Shown: positions 30,461 to 39,356 of the stretch, piece after piece | Numbering within the stretch: position 1 is the first letter of the stretch | Layout of the letters: each line of letters starts with the position of its first letter | Source: an uncultured delta proteobacterium | GTDB taxonomy: Bacteria > Desulfobacterota > Binatia > Binatales > Binataceae | Assembly: GCA_963765675.1 (NCBI GenBank) | Contig: CAVXXK010000003.1 | Location: forward strand, 288,001-352,000 | DNA length: 64,000 nucleotides | Direction of reading: 5' to 3' | Made by a program: the position numbers and the translations under genes | Notes under the pieces: model-generated | The model's input: the letters and a program-made list of their open reading frames with translations, nothing else | What the model was told of the DNA's origin: nothing | Databases searched by the model: none

Positions 30461-30928
30461 CTACTTTACGTAGAGAAAAATTCCCTCGTAGATGAGCGCC
30501 GGCTTGTCGTTGCCGACCACGTGAATCACGCTCTCCTGCGTGACCTGGGTTCCCTGCGGACGCGGCTCGACGGAGATAATCCGGTTGCGCGCGTGGACCT
30601 TGGCGCCCGCCGGAACCGGCGAGATGAAGCGCAGCTTGTTCGCGCCGTAATTCACCACGTTGCGCTGGCCCACGACCGTCCATCCGGAATCGATCTGGAT
30701 TCCGGGCAGGAGGCTCAGAGTCAAAAAGCCGTGCGCGACCGGTCCGCCGAACGGGCTCTCACGCTTGCATCGCTCGATATCGATATGAATCCATTGATGG
30801 TCGCCGGTCACATCGGCGAACTCGTTGATCTTCTGCTGCGTGACCTCGATTGGTTTGCTCCACGGTCCGAACTCCGGGCTGATCTTCGCGCGCAGCTTTT
30901 CCACGTCGTCAAAGCGAATGCTCTCCAT
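30461..30928 (-). CDS. MaoC family dehydratase
   Basis: FADVTGDHQWIH, VAHGFLTLS and NYGANKLRF motifs; ATG after GGAG. Confidence 0.92.
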   Translation of the reverse strand: MESIRFDDVEKLRAKISPEFGPWSKPIEVTQQKINEFADVTGDHQWIHIDIERCKRESPFGGPVAHGFLTLSLLPGIQIDSGWTVVGQRNVVNYGANKLRFISPVPAGAKVHARNRIISVEPRPQGTQVTQESVIHVVGNDKPALIYEGIFLYVK

Positions 30929-30962
30929 ACTTTCCTCCGAAGCTTTCCAGATTTTTTCGCGA

Positions 30963-31424
30963 TCAGCGATCGCGCGCACCGAGAAATTCGATCAGCGCGG
31001 CGTGCAGATTGTGCTTGGCGGTCTCGCCGCCGCCCAGCTTCACCAGCGCATAGCGCTCGTCGTCATCGAGGGTGCTCCACGCGGACTGGGTGATCGGCGC
31101 GCCGAGCGCTGCGGCGCGAGCAGCCAACTGTGAAGGAAGTTCCGCGGGCGGCCACGCGGATTGACGCGCGTCGTCGGACAGCTCGGTGGGACGGCTGCCC
31201 GCCCTGGCCAGCACAGTTTCGCCGATATACAGCCGCAGTGCCGCGATTTCGGCGGATGAATCCGCGGTGGCGTCGCAGATCTTGAGCCGCTCGGAGCGGG
31301 TCAGCTTGGCCCATTGCGCGCGCCCAATCTTTACTCCGGCCGCGTCGAGCTTGCGCCGCGCCGCCATCGGCAGGCAACTTAGGGTCTGGTAGATTTCCGC
31401 CTCGAACTGGAACTTACGATTCAT
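30963..31424 (-). CDS. Nitrate reductase-associated protein (NarM-like)
   Basis: FQFE...LSCLPMAARRKLDAAGVK...QW; W..L...RYALVKL...HNL..AL.EF pattern. Confidence 0.8.
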   Translation of the reverse strand: MNRKFQFEAEIYQTLSCLPMAARRKLDAAGVKIGRAQWAKLTRSERLKICDATADSSAEIAALRLYIGETVLARAGSRPTELSDDARQSAWPPAELPSQLAARAAALGAPITQSAWSTLDDDERYALVKLGGGETAKHNLHAALIEFLGARDR

Positions 31425-31517
31425 GGCGCGCCTTGATCGAAGAGCGTAGCCTCGACCGTTTCATTCTGCAACTGGATGACGCGGCCGGGCCGGCGCATTC
31501 ACAAGCTTGATCTTTTT

Positions 31518-31682
31518 GGAGGGGGGTGGCGGCTGCGGTAGTGTCTGACCGCAGCCGCCGTACCGTTTGCTTAGCCCGGATTTGGCTTTAACTTGTTCGT
31601 AGTTAGGGGCTTGTCCGGGCACGGTGGCCCAAGTGGAAGCGCGCCGGAACGGGATCGCGCGAACCGAACCTGAGTCACACGG
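31518..31682. ncRNA. Candidate structured RNA (three consecutive hairpins), unassigned
   Basis: 12-bp perfect stem 31528-31559; ACCGT/GCCCGGA...TCCGGGC/ACGGT stem 31562-31625; stem 31624-31678. Confidence 0.35.
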
Positions 31683-31861
31683 CAGAGGATGCAACCTTAT
31701 CGAAATCCGTCTGCAAGCCGCCGGGGAGGCGGCTCGCATCGCAGGGTTTCGCAGGGAATTGCCTCTACTCAAAGAGGCGTTCAAACCGGTGGAACGATCG
31801 CCGCAGTTTCCGCGGAACGATTCCAGACGGCCAACCGAGCGAGCGCATTGCGCATAGCGCG

Positions 31862-31908
31862 AAAAGAGCGGCGGCGGCCGCGACCTGGTTTGGTCGCGGC
31901 CGCCGCCG
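31862..31908 (-). terminator. Intrinsic terminator downstream of the DUF1302 gene
   Basis: 17-bp perfect stem (31869-31885/31892-31908) followed on the minus strand by CTCTTTT. Confidence 0.7.
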
Positions 31909-31934
31909 GATTCAGATGATCAGGATAACCCGAG

Positions 31935-33796
31935 TTAGATTTCGTATGAAATGGTGAACTCGAGCAGATTTTCCCGCTGTGAGCGGCTCAACAGGAACGG
32001 ATCCGTGTAGCGTCCCGAACGGCCCAGAAACCATGCGGTATTCACTCCGAAGAGCACGTTGCGCGAATAGCGGTACACGTTGGTCGAGGTGAAGGCGCCG
32101 ACGTTGTCGTCGATATCCCACTCCGCGACGTTGGTCGCCGTTAGCTGTCCATTCATCAGCCAGTTGGTGAAGGCTACGAAGGCGAAGTTGCTGTCCTCGC
32201 GCACTTTGCCGGTGAAGTTACCGACGTTCGGCGTCGCGTCGGAGGGACGATCCGGGTACCACGTGTTGACATATTGAACCGTTATGAACGTGTGCTGCTT
32301 CGAGAGCCACGGTATGTACGTCGGACGGTCGCCCGCAACGATGAAACGCGTCATCTCGCTGCTTGCGATCGTGCTGCTGTCCGGCAATGCCGCATCGCCC
32401 GCGGGGCTGGCCTGGTTGAGACCCACGGAAGGCGCGTACAGCGTGTCGTAGCGATAGACGATGTCGGTCAGATCCTTGTCGTAATAGGTTCCGGTGAGTC
32501 CGAAGAAGTTCTTGCGTTTGAAATCTTCGGCGATCAGAATCTTGAACGTTCCGGCCTTCGGAACGCCCGCGCGCGGAGGCCCGTACGCATAGTGGCCAAA
32601 ATTGATGAACTCGCCCGGTCCCACTCTGGTATAACCCGGAACCCCAAGAGCATCAGCAGTAGCAGCAGTGCACGAGGAGCAGAGACCCGAAGTGTTTTCC
32701 CGCGCTTCGTACAAGTAGATGAAGCTTGCCTGCAAGCCATTCCCGATCGGCAGCAAGCTCGACAGGCGCACGCCGAATTCGCTGTTTTTGAGCGAGTTCG
32801 ACGGGGTGTGATACGCGTCCTGCACCACTTCGTCATAGAATGAGCCGCCCGAAAAGATCATCGGCTTGGCGCCCAGATCCAGATAGGTCTGATTGCGGTA
32901 TGCCTGCCCGTTCTGATTATAACCGGGGGCCGTGCCCTCGGCGGCGGGTGCCACCCACGGGTTTCGCGCATCTGTGACGTTCACGATGTCGGTATCGCCC
33001 TGGAAGTCCCCGGGGATCGACGAATGCTTCGATTTCATTGTTCGCGGTCTTCATGAAATCGGGCAGGATGTAATTGAACTTGATCATCCGCAGATTTTTG
33101 CGCTGATCTTCCGCCGCTTCCGCTCCGTAGAAGCCGTGGTAGGTCGAATCAATCGGATTGGTGATTTCCGTGCCTGACAACGCGTCGGCTTCCGACCAGA
33201 TGACTTCCTGCTTGCCGACACGGGCCGAGAAGTTATCCGTGAAGTTCAGCTGCGCATAGTATTCGTGCAGGTCGTCGCGGAAATACTGCTGTTGCAGTTG
33301 CGCTTGCTGTGTAAGGCGCCCAGTCGCGATTGGGCTCCGCGCGGCCGGTGTCCTTGATCGATCCGAACGCGTCGTACCACGGCCGATAGAACGCGAAGAA
33401 GTCCGCGTCCTTCAGGAACAGCGTGTCGAAGCGGCCGAGGAATTTGTAGTTCTTTACGAAATGGTAGTCGGGACGGATGTCGCCGAGCTGGCGAACTTCA
33501 TCCACGTCCCAATGGTTGAAGTCGAAGCTGCCGCCATTCTCCGTTGCCGCCGTGCCCGGCACCGCAGTAGTCGTGGTGGGCGTCGGATGCGTCAGCGTGG
33601 TCGGCGTTCCGTTGTTGTTGCTCGAGCCTTCACCCCAACGCCCTTCCTCTCGGGTCTCGAAGAACCCGAACACCGAAAAGTCGCCCTGGGTAATCGTCGC
33701 CATCGCGGCCGAGGTCCATAGCATGGCTACCGTAGCGACCGAGGCCACCAGCAGCTTACGCCAGCGGGCCCGGCCTTCCGAGGTTCTACCGGTCAT
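31935..33796 (-). pseudogene. DUF1302-like outer-membrane protein, two frameshifts (about 33307 and 33020)
   Basis: Signal peptide, FYRPWYD; second frame LHEYYAQ...RVGKQEVIWSEAD...NPID; third frame ends LEFTISYEI (beta-signal-like). Confidence 0.75.
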
Positions 33797-34011
33797 GAAG
33801 CTCCTCCTCCTCCCGACCCTGTTCCTGTCCCCCAGCGCCGGGCTCTCTCCCTTGGAAGCGGCGTGCGCAGCTACCTGACTCCCCCCAAACTCGGCGGAAT
33901 AGGGTCGCACGCAAAGACCAAAATTAGGTCTTCGTTAAAGGTAAGGGTTCAATCCGATGGAACATCGCTGTTCCACTGGAAGATCGATTGTTCACCAGGG
34001 TGCGGGTTCGC

Positions 34012-35553
34012 TCACAGTTCCCATTGGAGCGCGGGGCGGCTCTCGTCGCGGTAGACGCATTGGAGTCCGGTTTTGATTCGGGTCGCCAGGTACGCGCCCA
34101 GCGCAGGATGATGCTGCCGGATCTTTTCGATCGAACGGCGGATCGCGCGGGTGACGTTGAGCCGCGAGCGTTGCGCGACCGAGGCTGCCCGTCGGTCGCG
34201 TCCGCCCAAACCTACCGCGCGCGAGAGCTCGCGGGTCAAAAACGAAATCTCCTCTTCCAGCTCGAAAGCCCGCTCGACATTTCCCTGCGCCTTCGCCTCG
34301 TCGAGAAACCCGCGCAAGTCATGCAAGCGGCGGCGATAAGCGCCCTTCGCGCGCGTGTCGAGCATCTCACCCGCGTCGCCTGAACTATCGGAATGCAATC
34401 CGGCCGCGGAGAGTTCTTCCTCGCTGATCCGCTGGGCGGGACGCGCGGCGAAATTCGCCACGGCTCCCGATTCACTGCGCATCTCGAGTTCGGTCGCGGG
34501 GAACTCGCGCCCCGGATGACGCAAGAGCTGCGCGATATAGCGCATTCCGCGCGAGTCCTTCAGCCGCATCGTCTCGCCGGCATAAGCCAGCGTCCAATAT
34601 TCACCCTCGCTGCGAAACGTCGCACTTCCGCTAGGCGCCAGACCGGGCTCCCCGGACCCGAGCGTCGTCAGTCCGAGCCCGTCGGGGCCGCTCTGTGCGG
34701 AGTCTTCATCGTCATCGTGACCGCGGTGAGCGTCATCGCCCAGCGCGCGCGCGATCGCGGCCAATACCGCCCCGCTATCGCCCAGGTAGGGCAGATGACC
34801 TCTGCCCGCCAGCGGCACCAGGCATCCTTGCGGAATTCGCGCGGCAAGCTCGCGGCCCGCGTGATAAGGAAAAGTGGCATCGTTGATCCGATGGATAACC
34901 GTAGTGGGAACGCTCAGGCTCGGCAGCAGATCGACCACGTCGACGCGATAGATAAATTCGGTAATCACCTCGATCACGTTCGCGCCGGTGCTGGCCTGCC
35001 GGTACATCGCGGCGATCATCTGCAAAGTCGGGCCATCGGCATCGGGTGCGTGCAGGTCGGCGACCAGCCGCGAGGCAAGATCCCACCGATCCACGATCAG
35101 CGTGCGCAGCGCCTCGGAAATTTTCGGGCCGGCTTCCAGATGATTTGAGCTGGCAAAAGTACCGAACAGAATCAACTGGCTGACGCGTTCGGGATGCCGC
35201 GCGGCGTAGGCAATTGCGAGCGGGCCGCCCGCATCGTATCCGAACAGTGCGAAGCGTTCGAGCTCGAGGTGATCCACCAGCAGCTCGAGAATCGAGAGTT
35301 CGGAGGCCGCGGAGAACTCTGGGCGCGCCCAGTCTGAGAGGCCGCATCCCGGAGAATCGTATCGGATCACTGTGTGATGCTCGGCAATCGATTCGTAGAA
35401 GCGGCGAATCGGGGGTGTCTGCCATTCGCCGTCGAGATGGCTCAGCCAGGGCGGGGTTCGTACGATTGCCGGTCCGGCGCCGACAATGGAATACGCGATT
35501 CGGGTTCCCTGCGGAGCCGAAAAAAATTGAATCCGCTGATCCGTCTGCATCAA
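34012..35553 (-). CDS. Alpha/beta-hydrolase-fold sensor fused to a C-terminal DNA-binding-type domain (transcriptional regulator)
   Basis: WLSHL, RYDSPGCGLSD, GYDAGG; C-terminal EGEYWTL...GMRYIAQLL..PGRE...GLGGRDRR...RLNVTRAIR...KTG..CVY. Confidence 0.8.
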   Translation of the reverse strand: MMQTDQRIQFFSAPQGTRIAYSIVGAGPAIVRTPPWLSHLDGEWQTPPIRRFYESIAEHHTVIRYDSPGCGLSDWARPEFSAASELSILELLVDHLELERFALFGYDAGGPLAIAYAARHPERVSQLILFGTFASSNHLEAGPKISEALRTLIVDRWDLASRLVADLHAPDADGPTLQMIAAMYRQASTGANVIEVITEFIYRVDVVDLLPSLSVPTTVIHRINDATFPYHAGRELAARIPQGCLVPLAGRGHLPYLGDSGAVLAAIARALGDDAHRGHDDDEDSAQSGPDGLGLTTLGSGEPGLAPSGSATFRSEGEYWTLAYAGETMRLKDSRGMRYIAQLLRHPGREFPATELEMRSESGAVANFAARPAQRISEEELSAAGLHSDSSGDAGEMLDTRAKGAYRRRLHDLRGFLDEAKAQGNVERAFELEEEISFLTRELSRAVGLGGRDRRAASVAQRSRLNVTRAIRRSIEKIRQHHPALGAYLATRIKTGLQCVYRDESRPALQWEL

Positions 35554-36028
35554 CCTAATCCCCGCCTGGCTTGCAGCTCGGCTGGCTCCAGAAGCGACCT
35601 CGGAGGAATCAGCTTCGCAGGCAAAACCACCGCATCAACGGGCGTATAGAGGCCAGCGCCAGCCCGCGCACGCCTCTTATCGGAATCGCTGGAGCGGTTT
35701 TCGCTCCGCGCGGTCCCTGCCACCGTTATGTTCTTCGATCATCCGGGAAAATCACGGATGCAGCCTGATGCAGCCCCTTTATCGAGGGCGGCGTGCAGAA
35801 CTACAACACGCTTCCCACTCATCGACTATGCGTACTCCGAAACGATCCGAGTCAACTCTCGAACGCGCGTTAGGTTACGTCTTTCGCGAGCCACTCGATC
35901 CGTAGAAAATACACTCGTGATTGTATGACGCGGAAACAGCGCGCGAGTTGCGCAAGATTTTCGCGGGAGTCGCGATTGATGACTCCGCGCCCGGCAGGCT
36001 ACTCTCATCCCATTCCGGAGGTGACACG

Positions 36029-37207
36029 ATGGACGCTAAGGGCGCAGCGCGCGAACGAGTCGAGCAATCCCGCGGCAAGCTGGTGGACTTGAGCCATCGG
36101 ATTCACGCGCATCCGGAACTCGGTTTCGAGGAAGAACAATCCGCGCGCTGGATGTGCGAATACCTGACCGACGCGGGTTTCGCCGTCGAGGCGGGGGTCT
36201 GTGGGATGCCAACCGCGTTCATAGCGCGGGCCGGCTCGGGCCCTCTGCACATCGCGATTTGCGCCGAGTACGATTGCCTGCCCGGAATCGGACATGCCTG
36301 CGGGCACAACATTATCGCCGCGATGGCTGCCGGAGCGGGCGCGGCGGCGGCGCGCGTCGCCGACGATTTGGGCCTTACGATTAGCGTGATCGGCACCCCG
36401 GCCGAGGAGATTGGCGACTCGAGCGGGAAAATCCTGCTGCTCGAACGCGGCGCTTTCGACGGCGTGCACGCCGCGATGATGACGCATCCGTCGCCGATGG
36501 ACATGGCGGAGCCGCCGATTATCGCGATCGCGACTTTCGACGTTCACTATACCGGCAAAGAAGCCCACGCATCAGCCTTCCCCGAGGCCGGCATCAATGC
36601 CGCCGACGCGCTGACGATCGCACAGACCTCGATCGGGCTGTTGCGTCAGCATATCGGCCACAACGATCGCGTCCACGGCATCGTGACTCACGGCGGTGAG
36701 GCGCCCAACATCGTGCCCGCGCATACCAGTGCGCGCTACATGGTGCGCGCAAAGAACCTGGGCGAGCTCGAGCGCATCAGGACGCGCGTGACTAACTGCT
36801 TCGAGGCCGGAGCGCTCGCCACCGGCGCAAAGCTCGAAATTCGCGGAGGCGGGAAGCCATACGCCGAGATGGTGCACGATCACGGTCTCGCCGAGATCTA
36901 TAAGCGCAACGCCGAGCAGGCGGGGCGCACGTTTTTGAACCTGCCAGGAATGGATCGGGCTGCGGGCTCGACCGACATGGGCAACGTATCGCGCGCCTTG
37001 CCGTCGATTCATCCGATGATCGGCATCAACTCGCTGCCCGCGATCAATCATCAACCGGAATTCACCGCGCACTGCATCAGCGCCGACGCCGATCGCGCCG
37101 TGTTCGACGGAGCGCTCTCGATGGCGTGGACTATCGCCGACGCGGCAACCGACAAGCCGACCCGAGAGCGCCTGCTCGCGCGGGATAATCGTCCCTCGGG
37201 CCGCTAA
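36029..37207 (+). CDS. M20 family amidohydrolase/metallopeptidase
   Basis: HPELGFEE, AEYD, HACGHN, GTPAEE and GSTDMGNVS motifs; GGAGG RBS. Confidence 0.93.
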   Translation: MDAKGAARERVEQSRGKLVDLSHRIHAHPELGFEEEQSARWMCEYLTDAGFAVEAGVCGMPTAFIARAGSGPLHIAICAEYDCLPGIGHACGHNIIAAMAAGAGAAAARVADDLGLTISVIGTPAEEIGDSSGKILLLERGAFDGVHAAMMTHPSPMDMAEPPIIAIATFDVHYTGKEAHASAFPEAGINAADALTIAQTSIGLLRQHIGHNDRVHGIVTHGGEAPNIVPAHTSARYMVRAKNLGELERIRTRVTNCFEAGALATGAKLEIRGGGKPYAEMVHDHGLAEIYKRNAEQAGRTFLNLPGMDRAAGSTDMGNVSRALPSIHPMIGINSLPAINHQPEFTAHCISADADRAVFDGALSMAWTIADAATDKPTRERLLARDNRPSGR

Positions 37208-37228
37208 CGAATCGCGCTCGCTCGAGAG

Positions 37229-38068
37229 CTATTGCGTGCCGAGCGTGGTAGCGGACGCCGCAGGTGCATTCACGGTGGGCGGCAGCCGCGCCGCGTCATC
37301 GTTTATGATCTTCAGCACGAACCGGAACGGCGCGTTAGTGACGGTCACCGCACCCTGGTAAGGATTTGCAAGTTCCGAGATCGCCATGATGGTGAGCCCG
37401 ATGAGCGCCGCGAACGTGCCGCTCATCAACGCCTGCTGGGCAAATCGGCGCGAGCCAAAAAAGTACGAGAACCCGATCGTGATGATGCATCCGGCGTAGA
37501 TCACCAGCCATACAACCGAAGGAAGATCTTCCTTGTAATAGACGTAGCGAAGCTGGCGCGCGTCGCTGAGGGCGTCCATCTCGTCGAGGCATTTCGACAA
37601 CGTATCGGTCTCGAGAGCGTTGTGCGGATTGAAGCCGAGCAGCACGTCCCACAGGCGCCCTTCCCCATCCAGCGAGCGCTCGAATTCGAGCGTCGCCATC
37701 TGATTCCATTCATGATTCACGACCTGACTCGCGTAGAAGCGCGTCGCCTGCTGCAGCTCGGCCCGCATCGGATTCTGAAAGCCCTTGGACAGGCTGTAGA
37801 GGTTGGTCAGCGCCAGCGCTTCGGCCTGCGCCTTGTTGTCGGCGCGCTCAAAGCGTTGCCAAGCCGCGACGATCACGAAGGCGAGGACCACCCCATAAAA
37901 TGCGCCGACTACGCCAAAGGTGTAACCCGTGACCTCGTGATCATCGCGCAGGATCTGGGCTGGCACCAACCGTCTAACGATGTACAGCCCGAGAATCGTC
38001 CCGCCACCGAACACCCCGATCACCAGGATAGCCTGCCCCAAGACCCCAAATCCGTGGATTACCTGCAC
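37229..38068 (-). CDS. DUF4239-like membrane protein
   Basis: YGVVLAFVIVAAW, EW..M, L.DAR..R and PYQG motifs; four TM segments. Confidence 0.8.
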   Translation of the reverse strand: MQVIHGFGVLGQAILVIGVFGGGTILGLYIVRRLVPAQILRDDHEVTGYTFGVVGAFYGVVLAFVIVAAWQRFERADNKAQAEALALTNLYSLSKGFQNPMRAELQQATRFYASQVVNHEWNQMATLEFERSLDGEGRLWDVLLGFNPHNALETDTLSKCLDEMDALSDARQLRYVYYKEDLPSVVWLVIYAGCIITIGFSYFFGSRRFAQQALMSGTFAALIGLTIMAISELANPYQGAVTVTNAPFRFVLKIINDDAARLPPTVNAPAASATTLGTQ

Positions 38069-38213
38069 CGCCAGCCTCCCCTCGCCCCTTCACCTTCTCC
38101 GCCGCGCTGCCTATCGCGCGCATCGGGGACATCGTACTTGATATACGATCATTGTGCAGCCCTGCCCGCCGCGGCGCGGTTGGACGGATTTGATATGCTG
38201 CCATCGCGACGAA

Positions 38214-38657
38214 ATGACCATCGCGAGGAGAATCGATTTGATAAAACGTGTTCTGCTTATTTTCTGCCTGTGTGCGATCTCTGCGTGCGGAACTCTCCAG
38301 CACGATACCGCCGACTTTCGCGCCGATAACGCCGCGATGACCGCCGCGTCCAAAAAGATCATTATTTCCCCCACCGCCGAGGTCCCGGGCCATCCCAATT
38401 TCACCAAACTCGGGGCCGTTCAGGGCTACTGTCTTAAAGACCCCAAAGGCAACACCCAGGCGGTCCCCGGTGACAGCATGCGGCTGGCTGCCTACCGCCA
38501 GTATGGCGATCGCGTCGGCGCAATCGTTGGAGCGCACCAATGGTTCGTCATCGCGGGCGGCCAAACCAGCGCCGTTTACGAACCCAGCAGCCAGCAGGGT
38601 TACTGGGAATGCGGCGGAACCGCAGTGAGCTTCCCTCCCGCATCGCCACAGCAATAG
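38214..38657 (+). CDS. Hypothetical lipoprotein
   Basis: Lipobox ISAC; LGAVQGYC...ECGGTAV pattern. Confidence 0.65.
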   Translation: MTIARRIDLIKRVLLIFCLCAISACGTLQHDTADFRADNAAMTAASKKIIISPTAEVPGHPNFTKLGAVQGYCLKDPKGNTQAVPGDSMRLAAYRQYGDRVGAIVGAHQWFVIAGGQTSAVYEPSSQQGYWECGGTAVSFPPASPQQ

Positions 38658-38673
38658 TCGTCTGGCAAGGCTG

Positions 38674-39159
38674 ATGGTCGTAATCGTCATGGGCGTTTCG
38701 GGCGCCGGAAAAACCACGGTCGGGCGGATGCTGGCAAGCGCGCTCGGATGGGATTTTCGCGAAGGCGACGATCTGCATCCCGCCGCCAATCGCGCGAAGA
38801 TGAGTTCGGGCGTCGCGCTGACCGATGCTGATCGACGCCCATGGCTCGCGGCAATCCGCGCGATGATCGACGAGTATCTGGCACGTGGAACGAACGCGGT
38901 TATCGCATGCTCGGCGCTCAAGCGCTCGTATCGTGAATTGCTCGCCGCCGATCCGGCTCGCGTCAGATTCGTATGGCTCGACGGCTCGCGCGGGCTTATC
39001 GCGAGCAGGATTGCGGCGCGGCGCGGTCATTTCATGCCGGCTGAATTGCTCGCGAGCCAGTTCTCCGATCTGGAAGCGCCTGCAGACGCGATGCGGATCG
39101 ACGTTACGGCGCCGCCCGCCGAAATCGTCGCCACGATTCGCCGCGAGCTCTCAATTTGA
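38674..39159 (+). CDS. gntK: Gluconokinase (GntK/IdnK type)
   Basis: GVSGAGKTT, GDDLHP, DRRPWL, CSALKRSYR and HFMP..LL.SQ motifs. Confidence 0.92.
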   Translation: MVVIVMGVSGAGKTTVGRMLASALGWDFREGDDLHPAANRAKMSSGVALTDADRRPWLAAIRAMIDEYLARGTNAVIACSALKRSYRELLAADPARVRFVWLDGSRGLIASRIAARRGHFMPAELLASQFSDLEAPADAMRIDVTAPPAEIVATIRRELSI

Positions 39160-39356
39160 AAACGAGCTTCGCGGCGCCCCCTATGTTCTCATTCTCGCGC
39201 GAATGACACATCCCTCGGCCGAAAGACGTCAATTCAAACTGGCGCACAAAGGCCGGGATGACACGGGCGCTTGGTTGTGTCTAATATACGCAAAGTCCTC
39301 TGTCCGCTTTCGTTGGCATTCGTGGGAAAAGCCGGTCAGGGAAAAAAGGATGCGGC

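Noticed and set aside
31510-31560. tmRNA or tRNA-like 3' end (CCCCCCTCCA on the minus strand)
   Set aside because: No T-loop or acceptor stem; kept only as an unassigned RNA candidate
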